A stretch of 39,261 bases of DNA from Candidatus Magasanikbacteria bacterium CG_4_10_14_0_2_um_filter_37_12 (GTDB taxonomy: Bacteria; Patescibacteriota; Patescibacteriia; Magasanikbacterales; UBA922), in NCBI GenBank assembly GCA_002793015.1, contig PFPK01000046.1:1-39261 (forward strand), given 5' to 3'. A program made the translations under genes and the position numbers. The notes beneath the pieces are model-generated. The model did not search any database and had not been told where the DNA came from. It was given only the letters and a program-made list of their open reading frames with translations. Shown here piece by piece: positions 1-8,203 of the stretch (position 1 is its first letter; each line of letters starts with the position of its first letter).

Positions 1-2082
1 GATTCCGATGTCAGCTTGAGCAAGTGCTGGAGCGTCATTGATTCCATCCCCTACCATAGCGATAATCCTTCCTTTTTCAGCTTGTTGAAGTTTTTTTATG
101 TGCTCCGCCTTATCGCCTGGTAATACCTCTGCAATGATTATGTCAATATCAAGCTCTTTCCCAATGGCTTCAGCCGTAGACTTGTTGTCTCCTGTCATCA
201 TCGCCACTTGGATACCCATCTTATGAAGCACATCAATAGCTTCTTTTGAAGATGTCTTGATTGTATCAGCAAGAGCAAAAACAGCCACATGATTTCCTCC
301 TATAGCCATATAGATCGTTGTTTTTCCATGAGATATAAGCTCGGTTGCCTTTGTGGCAAGTGCAATGTTAAGGACAATGCCTTCTTCATCCATGAGTCGT
401 TTATTTCCCAGAAGAATATTTTTTTGTTCAATACTGCCGGACACGCCACGCCCCTCCACTGCTTTGAAATCATTGACTGACAATACTGGCTTTCTACCTA
501 AAGTCTCTTCTGCAAATACAGCAATTGCACCTGAAAGTGGGTGTTCTGACAAATGTTCGAGTGCATACGCTTGGGCCAAAATATTTTCTTTGTCTTCATT
601 TTCTAATGGCACAAACTCAGTAACTTCTGGTGTTCCATTTGTTAGTGTTCCAGTTTTGTCGAATACAATCGTATGAATACTATGTGCCTTTTCAAGTGCT
701 TCTGCATCCTTTATCAAGATTCCTTTGCTCGCTGCCTTTCCTGTTCCGACCATGATGGCTGTTGGTGTAGCCAGCCCAAGGGCACAAGGACAAGCAATAA
801 TGAGAATAGTCGTGGCAATATAGACTGCCAGCTGTAGTGCACTAGTATCCCCTGGTATCAACCCCAGACTAGGCGCAACAAAAAACCAAAACAAGGCTAA
901 AACAATAGCAATGGAAATGACAATTGGTACAAATACTCCAGATATCTTGTCTGCTAATTTTTGAATTGGGGCAGTTGTACCTTGTGCTTCTTCTACCATC
1001 TTGATAATTTGAGAGAGCATCGTTTCACTGCCAACATGTTCAGCTTTAAACTGGAATGTACTGGTTTTGTTGATTGTAGCACCAATAACCTTGCCCCCTA
1101 CTTTTTTTTCTACAGGAATTGACTCGCCTGTGACCATGGATTCATCAATGGTACTGGCTCCAGAAGTAATCTGTCCGTCCACGGGAATTTTTTCTCCTGG
1201 ACGAACGACAATGGTATCACCTTTTCGTACATCACTTACGGCAATCTTCACTTCTTCACCATTTCTTATTACTGTGGCCTCTTTTGCCTGAAGTCGAAAG
1301 AGAGCCTTTACAGCATCGCTAGTCTTGGCTTTTGCTCGTGCTTCAAGTAAGCGCCCTAGCAGAATGAAAAATACAATGAAAACCGATGCTTCAAAAAATC
1401 CATCACTGGCTACATCACCAAACAGGTGCGGAGCAAACGTTACTAGAGTCGAGAATAGCCACGCCGTCGTGGTGCCAAGAGCAATCAGTGTGTCCATATT
1501 TGCGTTTCTTACTTTCAAAGCGTGCCAGGTACTGATAAAAAACTGTTTTCCTCCAATAAACAAAATTGGTGTTGTAAGTAAAAATTGTAAAAATTGCAAA
1601 ACTTGAATTTTGTATATGCTTCCAGTAAATGTGATAAAACCAAATAGTGGATTCATCATCTCATTGGCAACAGATGGGCGAAAAGCCATAGAAATCATCA
1701 AGATAAGGAAAGGAATTGCTCCAAGCCCTACCAATGTTACTGTCTTTTTCAACTTCTGATATTCTTCTTTTTTGAGAGCTGACGCATGGCTCTTGTGATC
1801 CATGTTTGGTCCATTCATCTCATGTATTTTTTGAGCTTCTGACGGTGAGGCAAGCACTGTGCCTGAATCTCCAGCAATCAACTTGTACCCCCCAGCACTC
1901 TGAACAGCCTCACCTATTTTGGCAATAGTCACTTGTGATTCATCATACTCAACAGTCATAATTTCGCTGGCATAATTTACATTGACTAATTCTACACCGC
2001 TCAATTTGTTGACCATTTTTTCAATTAATTTTTTGCAGGATGCACAGTGCATGCCGACAATTGGATATTGTTCTTTTTTCAT
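1..2082 (-). CDS. copA: Copper/heavy-metal translocating P1B-type ATPase (CopA-like); the C-terminal end runs off the left edge of the window
   Basis: This gene is absent from the ORF track because it has no stop codon inside the window. My own minus-strand translation from the ATG at 2082..2080 is open to position 1. It reads [19 protein letters not shown] (HMA domain, CxxC), [13 protein letters not shown] (CPC motif), VFDKTGTLT (phosphorylation site), SEHPLS, and [19 protein letters not shown] at the window edge. Confidence 0.9.
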   Translation of the reverse strand, partial: MKKEQYPIVGMHCASCKKLIEKMVNKLSGVELVNVNYASEIMTVEYDESQVTIAKIGEAVQSAGGYKLIAGDSGTVLASPSEAQKIHEMNGPNMDHKSHASALKKEEYQKLKKTVTLVGLGAIPFLILMISMAFRPSVANEMMNPLFGFITFTGSIYKIQVLQFLQFLLTTPILFIGGKQFFISTWHALKVRNANMDTLIALGTTTAWLFSTLVTFAPHLFGDVASDGFFEASVFIVFFILLGRLLEARAKAKTSDAVKALFRLQAKEATVIRNGEEVKIAVSDVRKGDTIVVRPGEKIPVDGQITSGASTIDESMVTGESIPVEKKVGGKVIGATINKTSTFQFKAEHVGSETMLSQIIKMVEEAQGTTAPIQKLADKISGVFVPIVISIAIVLALFWFFVAPSLGLIPGDTSALQLAVYIATTILIIACPCALGLATPTAIMVGTGKAASKGILIKDAEALEKAHSIHTIVFDKTGTLTNGTPEVTEFVPLENEDKENILAQAYALEHLSEHPLSGAIAVFAEETLGRKPVLSVNDFKAVEGRGVSGSIEQKNILLGNKRLMDEEGIVLNIALATKATELISHGKTTIYMAIGGNHVAVFALADTIKTSSKEAIDVLHKMGIQVAMMTGDNKSTAEAIGKELDIDIIIAEVLPGDKAEHIKKLQQAEKGRIIAMVGDGINDAPALAQADIGI

Positions 2083-2094
2083 AAATCAAAAAAT

Positions 2095-2481
2095 TTATAT
2101 TATGGCACTAATCATATTTTTTAGTTTTTCTTCTACTTCTCGAGCCATTTTAACAAGTTTGTCATTTTTTACCATGTTCATAGCCACACTAGGTTGTATT
2201 GCTGACACAACAACATGCCCATCTACCCCATATAAAATAACATTACATGGTAGTAATAAACCAATTTCTTTTTCTGCTTTCAACGCTTCGTATGCAAAAG
2301 ACGGATTACATACCCCAAGAATAAAATAGTTTTCAAAATCAACACCGAGCTTTTTCTTGAGTGTTGCTCGAACATCTATTTCAGTAAGGATGCCAAACCC
2401 TTCTTTTGTGAGTGCGTCTTTTGTTTTTTCAATTGCCTCTTTAAAAGAACAAACAATTGTAGTTCTCATTCCATAGTTCAT
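2095..2481 (-). CDS. DUF302 domain protein, directly upstream of and co-directional with copA
   Basis: The 128-aa ORF shows the DUF302-like pattern FGILTEIDVRATLKKKLGVDFENYFILGVCNP...LLPCNVILY. There is a 12-nt gap to the copA start. The true start could be the internal MRTT. Confidence 0.75.
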   Translation of the reverse strand: MNYGMRTTIVCSFKEAIEKTKDALTKEGFGILTEIDVRATLKKKLGVDFENYFILGVCNPSFAYEALKAEKEIGLLLPCNVILYGVDGHVVVSAIQPSVAMNMVKNDKLVKMAREVEEKLKNMISAII

Positions 2482-2507
2482 AAAATATAATATAAAATAT
2501 AAATAGA

Positions 2508-2536
2508 GCGTCTGTTGTTATATAAAAAACAGACGC
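2508..2536 (-). terminator. Candidate intrinsic terminator after the 2562..2843 gene
   Basis: A 9-bp stem pairs gcgtctgtt (2508..2516) with aacagacgc (2528..2536). On the minus strand it is followed by a T-rich tract (TCTATTTATATTTT). Confidence 0.45.
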
Positions 2537-2561
2537 CGAATATATACTTTACTTTATGTAA

Positions 2562-2843
2562 TTATTCTTTGTGACAGTCTGTTCTTTTTTTAAAACAACA
2601 CCCCACTAATATCCAAAGGCCAACTCCTACATATCCACAAATATACGTCTGGAACAATCCTGAAATAAAACTCTGTATATTCATTCCAGAAAAACCAACG
2701 TAACTAAGTCGAAACATCTGCAGATGCATTGTTTGTTCTACTGGATGTACAAAATACCATACAAAACAGACAATAAAAAGAAGTGATAAGAATAATCCGA
2801 TGCTGTTTCCACATCGCCAAAATCCACATTCTGGTTTATGCAT
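2562..2843 (-). CDS. Small Cys-rich two-TM membrane protein, function unknown
   Basis: The ORF track starts this ORF at a GTG (2852). I prefer the ATG at 2843 (MHKPECGFWRCG...) because a strong SD (GAAAGGAGGTGAT) sits about 8 nt upstream. It has two hydrophobic segments and Cys pairs (CGFWRC; GCCFKKRTDC). Confidence 0.55.
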   Translation of the reverse strand: MHKPECGFWRCGNSIGLFLSLLFIVCFVWYFVHPVEQTMHLQMFRLSYVGFSGMNIQSFISGLFQTYICGYVGVGLWILVGCCFKKRTDCHKE

Positions 2844-2939
2844 ACATATCACCTCCTTTCAAAGTAGGCTATTTTATACATAGTATACACTATATGTATG
2901 TGTTAGCAACTCATCTTGTGCCAAAAATACCTGAAAAAA

Positions 2940-3860
2940 TTACTCTTTTTCAGGTATAATTACTTTGTTTGTCTTCAAATCATTATATGTAACTTTACCG
3001 AGAGCTTCGTTTTTTCTGAATACAAACGTACCATCTTGTTCCTTTGTACCAACCTGAGACCAGATATTACTTATGGTAGCATATTCGTCCACCTCACTTG
3101 AAAGTATTATTGTAGGGACACTAGTGATAGTGTATCTAGCAAGCAATTCCTGCCCTTCCTCGCTTTGGATATCAAGAAGTGTCTCAGAATTAACAGCCAC
3201 ACCGAATTGTGCCAATATTGAACGCTGTACTTGACGTACATCATAACATTCAGTACAGCTAGCATCCGCAAGATAAATCACGTCCACAAGACCAAGTATT
3301 TTATTATCTTCCATATTTAAATATGGCGGAATTTTGTCTTCCCACACAAGTGTATTCTCGTCAACAACTTTAGAACTTTCTTGCAAAACTTTTTTGACAG
3401 ATGATTTAATCGTGTCGTCACTTAAAAACAACATGGCTGGGAGATGTTCAAACTTATATTTTTTTATTAGTGACTGGCCTTCTTCACTTTCTGCAGATAC
3501 TGTTCTGGTATCCAACAAGTCGACGTTTTGTTTTTCAACAAAGGATTTTTCTATATCCATTGCTCCACACAACGGACATTCTTCCGGAACGACAACAAGC
3601 AATGTCCCCTCTTGTGGCTTTGTAATACTAATTGCTTCATCAAGTTTTCCACTCATGCGAAATGTAAACAATCCCATGACAAGAAAATTTAGAATGAAAA
3701 TTATTCCCAGTATCAAAAGAAGAGTTTCCGTTGGATTCTTCGTTCCTGGTAATGAAATATATTTTTGCTTTGTCTCTCCATCATCACAACATCCTTCATC
3801 TTTTTTTTCTAGATCTTCTTTGAGATCTTGATTATGCTCTTTTTTGGAATTTGTTAACAT
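2940..3860 (-). CDS. Membrane-anchored protein with two tandem thioredoxin/glutaredoxin-like folds, each with a CxxC (PDO-like thiol:disulfide oxidoreductase)
   Basis: The charged N-terminus (with GCCDDG) is followed by one TM (LLLILGIIFILNFLVMGLF). Two internally repeated units follow: VVVPEECPLCG...SEEGQSLIKKYKFEHLP and IYLADASCTECYD...SEEGQELLARYTITSVP. Confidence 0.6.
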   Translation of the reverse strand: MLTNSKKEHNQDLKEDLEKKDEGCCDDGETKQKYISLPGTKNPTETLLLILGIIFILNFLVMGLFTFRMSGKLDEAISITKPQEGTLLVVVPEECPLCGAMDIEKSFVEKQNVDLLDTRTVSAESEEGQSLIKKYKFEHLPAMLFLSDDTIKSSVKKVLQESSKVVDENTLVWEDKIPPYLNMEDNKILGLVDVIYLADASCTECYDVRQVQRSILAQFGVAVNSETLLDIQSEEGQELLARYTITSVPTIILSSEVDEYATISNIWSQVGTKEQDGTFVFRKNEALGKVTYNDLKTNKVIIPEKE

Positions 3861-3899
3861 AAAATAATATTATTACAAAAAATAAATTTATGAGAATAT

Positions 3900-4085
3900 T
3901 TAGCACCCCCCTACCATTTGAGGAGCACTGCCATCGTCTGTAAAGCTGACTGCCGTAGGACTTGCTCCGAGTCCGATTTGTGCTTCTTCCAGTTTACTAC
4001 TCATTTGTGCTAACACCACTGTCTGATATGACAGTGCAATAATGACAACGACGAGAATAATTGAAAGTGATTTTTGAGATATCAT
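3900..4085 (-). CDS. 61-aa signal-anchored protein ending in ...APQMVGGC-COOH
   Basis: It has one N-terminal TM (LSIILVVVIIALSYQTVVLA) and a short, probably extracytoplasmic tail. The C-terminal 15 aa match the C-terminus of the next gene upstream (4131..5303). Confidence 0.5.
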   Translation of the reverse strand: MISQKSLSIILVVVIIALSYQTVVLAQMSSKLEEAQIGLGASPTAVSFTDDGSAPQMVGGC

Positions 4086-4130
4086 ACTATTTATAATACT
4101 TACTTAGTTAAATTATTTGTCATTAATTAT

Positions 4131-5303
4131 TTAACATCCACCAACCATACCAGGTGCTGTCGTTTCAGGTGTAAATCCAGATGATGATGCTTGTTTTTTT
4201 AGATCCGTAAGTTCTGCATCTGTTAGATTCATGGTGAGATACTTGATATCTGGAAGAAAATCAGATTTTTCACCAGCAAGTGCACTCGCCATACGTTGTT
4301 GCATTTGTATTGGGAAGTACAATCCTTTTTGTCGCATCAGCTCATAGGCAATCTCTGCGTTTGTCATGTTAGGATAATTTTTGATGAGATACGCAGCTGT
4401 TCCACGCATCGCAATCGAATGAGCGCAAGCACATGTTGGAGATCCGTCTTCACGAACCAATGTTTTTACACCACAACAAAATTCACACGTCACATACGGC
4501 TCAGTACCTATGGCAATATATCGCTCCATCTCTTCGTCAGTGAGCTGAATTGGCTTTGATCCTTGCTGTGGTGCCATAACGCCAAGTTTTGCGATAGACA
4601 CATTGATCGCATTCATATTCGACATATCAAGTCCAAGTTCTGATCCATAAAATGGCAATTCTCTTGGTGTCACAAGTGCCACAACATCCTTTGCAAAATC
4701 TCCTGTCATCAATACTCCCCCACTCATCGTTGATCCTGTTATGGCGTGACCTATACCAATGATCATAGATTGATTAAGAAGAAAAAGAAAAATAATAAGA
4801 GTTATTGTGAGATGATTAAATACATAATGCGACATACTTTTTTGTCCGTCTTCTTTGGGAGCAAACTTCTTCCATAGTAGTGTTATGCCAACGAGTAAAA
4901 GCAAGACTGAGAGAAGGCGAAGTCCCCAAAAATATGGTGATATAGCCATGACGGTTGCTGACAATCCGAACCATCCCAAGAAAAATATCGGACACACTGG
5001 ACAGAGTAATGTAAAAAGCGCAAGAATTCCTGATCCTCCCCCAACAGTACATGTTGTGGCTGTGTGTTGTCTTACGATGTGATAGAGCGCTGTACCAAAT
5101 CCAAATAGGATTGCGAATACTACAACAAATACAATATCCAATGTTGTCCGTTCTGTTAAAAACGAAATTTGGTACCCTACAATAGGAAGTGCCCACATGC
5201 CGTACAGAAATGTTTCTAAAAGAAGTGCTATCGCTGTTGTTCCAGCAAACCAGTACCAGAACGAATCATACGACAGGAGTCTCTGAATTTTGTTCATAGA
5301 CAA
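4131..5303 (-). CDS. Polytopic Cys-rich membrane protein with a soluble CxxCC/CxC domain, ending in ...APGMVGGC-COOH; function unknown
   Basis: The 390-aa ORF has several TM segments with intramembrane TCTVGGGSG and LLCPVCPIFF. A soluble part follows with YVTCEFCCGVKTLVREDGSPTCACAHS. The C-terminal tail is GFTPETTAPGMVGGC. Confidence 0.7.
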   Translation of the reverse strand: MSMNKIQRLLSYDSFWYWFAGTTAIALLLETFLYGMWALPIVGYQISFLTERTTLDIVFVVVFAILFGFGTALYHIVRQHTATTCTVGGGSGILALFTLLCPVCPIFFLGWFGLSATVMAISPYFWGLRLLSVLLLLVGITLLWKKFAPKEDGQKSMSHYVFNHLTITLIIFLFLLNQSMIIGIGHAITGSTMSGGVLMTGDFAKDVVALVTPRELPFYGSELGLDMSNMNAINVSIAKLGVMAPQQGSKPIQLTDEEMERYIAIGTEPYVTCEFCCGVKTLVREDGSPTCACAHSIAMRGTAAYLIKNYPNMTNAEIAYELMRQKGLYFPIQMQQRMASALAGEKSDFLPDIKYLTMNLTDAELTDLKKQASSSGFTPETTAPGMVGGC

Positions 5304-5375
5304 TACATATAATTATGATGCATCTGCGATGGCGCAGCACATTTTTTGTAATTGAGTCAATCTTTTTGCATACAA

Positions 5376-5888
5376 TTATTTCTTTTTTGTATACATCCAT
5401 ACGGCACCGATACCTCCCAACACCAGAATCCACCCAAACAATGTTTGAACAGAAATCTGAGATTGCCAGAAACTTTGTTTTATATTTTGTGGTTGTACCG
5501 TTGCAGGAATATTTTTATTTTCTGCGCGTAAATTTATAGATCTCATCATACCTCCAATCACTTTTGGTAATATACTACCTTCCAATGCTCCTTTCTGGTC
5601 ATCATTACAATAAAAACGTTGTGCCATAATACTGTGCATACGCACCAGATTATCTGAACCATCTCCGCCCATCATAACATCCATAATCTCATGTTCACCA
5701 CCCGGATGGATTTGTTCCATGTAGTAGTCACCGAGATGATCGAGCTGTTCTGTTGTGAGCTGGTCACATGGTGTTTGTTCTTCGATAATATTCTCAGCCT
5801 CTGAAAAAAGTCCTCCCTCTGTATGTGCAAATGCAGTGACAGGGAAGAATATTACAAAGGTAAGGAACATTAAAAAAAATTTATTCAT
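5376..5888 (-). CDS. Secreted/anchored His- and Met-rich protein (putative metal-binding)
   Basis: It has a signal peptide (MNKFFLMFLTFVIFFPVTAFA), then HLGDYYMEQIHPGGEHEIMDVMMGGDGSDNLVRMHS and GGMMRS. A C-terminal TM anchor (LFGWILVLGGIGAVWMY) is followed by KKK. Confidence 0.6.
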   Translation of the reverse strand: MNKFFLMFLTFVIFFPVTAFAHTEGGLFSEAENIIEEQTPCDQLTTEQLDHLGDYYMEQIHPGGEHEIMDVMMGGDGSDNLVRMHSIMAQRFYCNDDQKGALEGSILPKVIGGMMRSINLRAENKNIPATVQPQNIKQSFWQSQISVQTLFGWILVLGGIGAVWMYTKKK

Positions 5889-5928
5889 ATATTTTAGTTA
5901 TTAAACAATAATATTTTTATGATATTAT

Positions 5929-6369
5929 CTACCAATCACGGCAACAGGCAATGATCTGCTCAACAAGTTTGTGTATCTTTGGATTCCTTCGTGTCAAATA
6001 AATACTCCCAAATAACAGCCAAATAATAACGACAAAAGTACTCGCAAAAATCGCTTTTTCTGTCCAAGTAAGCACAACATACACCAAGAACGTCCCCGTC
6101 AAAATATAAGGAAGTCGAAAGAGATGAAATCGTTCATCAAGCCGTTTTTCAAGCAAATAATACATTCCGATGATACTCTGCCCCATTAATAATGCAATAA
6201 CTAACTCATCTTTGTAATACCCAAACAAGGATAGTACAAGTAGTAACACCCATGTACCACTCACAGCACTACATATTACACAAAATTTCCATGTCGTAAT
6301 ACGTTTTACTGCCAGCCCAATGACAAATAGTGTGGTGATTGAAACAAGGGCAATCGTGATGTCATTCAT
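5929..6369 (-). CDS. Small polytopic membrane protein with an intramembrane CxxC (FCVIC) and a C-terminal ACC
   Basis: I trimmed the tracked ORF (5929..6471) to the MNDITIALV start at 6369. That start overlaps the stop of the upstream gene in an ATGA arrangement (6366..6369). The product is about 147 aa with 4 predicted TM segments. Confidence 0.55.
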   Translation of the reverse strand: MNDITIALVSITTLFVIGLAVKRITTWKFCVICSAVSGTWVLLLVLSLFGYYKDELVIALLMGQSIIGMYYLLEKRLDERFHLFRLPYILTGTFLVYVVLTWTEKAIFASTFVVIIWLLFGSIYLTRRNPKIHKLVEQIIACCRDW

Positions 6370-6899
6370 AGGCCAAATTGGATAACAAGTGATACAAGCA
6401 CAAGCAAAGTAAGGGTAATCACAATGCCTTGGTAGGGAATGATTTTGCCGTTCTGTCGTTTTTTTATCCATGAACTAATATATGGTGATACCAACATAAT
6501 GACAGCTCCGATAATACTTCCCATCAAAAAATTATGGATCAAGTATGTTCTGTTGAAGATATTTCCGTATGGGCCAAACCAATAAATATTGATAGACATA
6601 TACTCACTTACTAGCGGAAGCATTGGTACGACAGTAGAAACGACAACCAAAATAGTAATAATCGTTGACTGATATAGGATTACCTGCTTCCATTTTTTTG
6701 CCAGTCGCGCCATCCACAAGCCAAGGGCGAGTGCAAAGGCTCCGATAAATACGCCAACTGCCATGGTACTTACTCCTAAATATGTCGCCCCAACAGCAAG
6801 TGTGCCAGCACCGATCGTACACAAAGGGCAATGTGCTTTTGCAACTGTTGGGATAAACAATAGGAGGCCACTGAGAAGTATTATAATCTGTTTTTTCAT
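6366..6899 (-). CDS. Polytopic membrane protein with a signal peptide immediately followed by HCPLC
   Basis: I trimmed the tracked ORF (6366..7082) to the MKKQIIILLSGLLLFIPTVAKA start at 6899. The upstream extension overlaps the DUF411 gene and looks non-protein-like. HCPLCTIGAG follows the predicted cleavage site. Confidence 0.6.
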   Translation of the reverse strand: MKKQIIILLSGLLLFIPTVAKAHCPLCTIGAGTLAVGATYLGVSTMAVGVFIGAFALALGLWMARLAKKWKQVILYQSTIITILVVVSTVVPMLPLVSEYMSINIYWFGPYGNIFNRTYLIHNFLMGSIIGAVIMLVSPYISSWIKKRQNGKIIPYQGIVITLTLLVLVSLVIQFGL

Positions 6900-6909
6900 A
6901 AAGAATACG

Positions 6910-7428
6910 TTAGAGGAACATAAACGATACTGTTCCACCATCTCTATCAAAACTATAGACGTTAAAAGCTGATCGCTTTGTACCTGGCATACCTGGAGAT
7001 CCGACAGGCATACCCGCCATACCAATACCTTTGACATCTGAGTGTAAAGCAAGAAGTTGTTGTATTGCTTCAACAGGCACATGCCCTTCGACTACATATT
7101 CTTCATCCCCGACAACAGTCGTGTGACAACTTGACTGATCCATTGGCACACCATATTTTTCTTTTGTGGGAGAAATATCGTCTACATCAATAACTTCCAC
7201 ATTATATCCTTCTCGCTTGAGATACGAAATATAATTTCCACAACATCCACAAGTTGGAGATTTGTATACCGTCATGTGTGGCTTCTCCGTGTTTAAAGCA
7301 AGAGTTTTTTCACTTCCCAACCCGATATTTGTAGATTTACCGCCTGATGCAAACAACATGCCAGTGCCTAGAACGATGAACACAATACCTATAGACAGCA
7401 CGACCGCTTGTTTCTTTTTCTTTTTCAT
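6910..7428 (-). CDS. copG: DUF411 / CopG-family copper-binding protein
   Basis: Family hallmarks are present: VYKSPTCGCCGNY, CHTTVV, EGHVP and GMPVGSPGMPG. The start is set at MKKKKKQ (7428), which gives an N-terminal TM/signal anchor. Confidence 0.8.
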   Translation of the reverse strand: MKKKKKQAVVLSIGIVFIVLGTGMLFASGGKSTNIGLGSEKTLALNTEKPHMTVYKSPTCGCCGNYISYLKREGYNVEVIDVDDISPTKEKYGVPMDQSSCHTTVVGDEEYVVEGHVPVEAIQQLLALHSDVKGIGMAGMPVGSPGMPGTKRSAFNVYSFDRDGGTVSFMFL

Positions 7429-7451
7429 ATATGACAAAATAAATATGTTAC

Positions 7452-7487
7452 AAAAAACGTCCACTCTTTTTGCTGAGTGGACGTTTT
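7452..7487 (-). terminator. Intrinsic terminator separating the 7503..7940 gene from the copG-led gene string
   Basis: A 10-bp GC-containing stem pairs acgtccactc with gagtggacgt around an 8-nt loop. On the minus strand it is followed by TTTTTT. Confidence 0.65.
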
Positions 7488-7502
7488 AATATACACCAAA
7501 AA

Positions 7503-7940
7503 TTATACTATTATTGGTATATAGGCACGTCCAAAAAAATAATGAGGTAAATTTCCTTTGTTATTTATTGCAAGCCACCGAAGTATTTTTTGCCAAACCA
7601 AAACATGGCTTTCAGGCTCTCTCCTTGTATACCAATAGAGATAAGGAATTCTTACAACATCTTTCAATAAAAATAAAGATATTATAAGATAGACAAAAAA
7701 GAACTCAAAAATGTTGACGCTAGCAAGAGAAGTTAACTGCGATGTGAGAGCTCTAAGGTGTGAAGTAATCATTGCCAATACGTCGGCGTCGCCAACACAT
7801 GATGTATTGATAACATTCGCCATTGGACAGGCATGATCTTCCATGTCTCCCATATTTTCCATACTCGTAATAGACAATACTCCTATATAAAAAATAGAGG
7901 AAAAAGTGATAGCTATGGTAATGGCGATAAATCTTATCAT
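7503..7940 (-). CDS. Membrane protein with an extracytoplasmic Met/His/Cys patch (MENMGDMEDHACPM...SC); function unknown
   Basis: The 145-aa ORF has an N-terminal TM and at least one more hydrophobic segment. I recognise no family. Confidence 0.45.
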   Translation of the reverse strand: MIRFIAITIAITFSSIFYIGVLSITSMENMGDMEDHACPMANVINTSCVGDADVLAMITSHLRALTSQLTSLASVNIFEFFFVYLIISLFLLKDVVRIPYLYWYTRREPESHVLVWQKILRWLAINNKGNLPHYFFGRAYIPIIV

Positions 7941-8020
7941 ATATTAATATTATACAGAAATACATCAAAAAATGCAAGGTTTTATCTTTTAATTTTATTA
8001 TTTACATTACAGAAAAAAAA

Positions 8021-8203
8021 CTACCTAGCTCCTTTATCACCTCTGTTACCAACACTGCGTTGTCTTTTGGCACCTGTTGGGCTACTATTTTTGGCATGAA
8101 ATCCTTTTTGGCTGCTCACTTGCAGATTTTGGTATGTCTTCGTGGAAGCATCACCAGATTTCTTTTCTGCTTCTTTTAATTTTTTTAAAACTTTGTTTAG
8201 CAT
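8021..8203 (-). CDS. Small (60 aa), very basic, low-complexity hypothetical protein
   Basis: This is supported only by an open reading frame. The composition is Lys/Arg/Gly/Ser-rich and I recognise no motif. Confidence 0.3.
   Translation of the reverse strand: MLNKVLKKLKEAEKKSGDASTKTYQNLQVSSQKGFHAKNSSPTGAKRQRSVGNRGDKGAR

Noticed and set aside
289-2329. Plus-strand ORFs listed over 289..2329, and the apparent absence of a minus-strand gene there in the ORF track.
   Set aside because: The minus strand encodes a continuous CopA with all P1B-ATPase motifs. It is missing from the track only because its stop codon lies outside the window. The plus-strand ORFs are antisense artefacts.
4296-5196. 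ORFs overlapping the 390-aa membrane gene (4296..4559 +, 4816..5196 -, 4855..5082 +).
   Set aside because: They lie in alternative frames or on the antisense strand of a well-supported long ORF. Their composition is odd and they have no independent start context.
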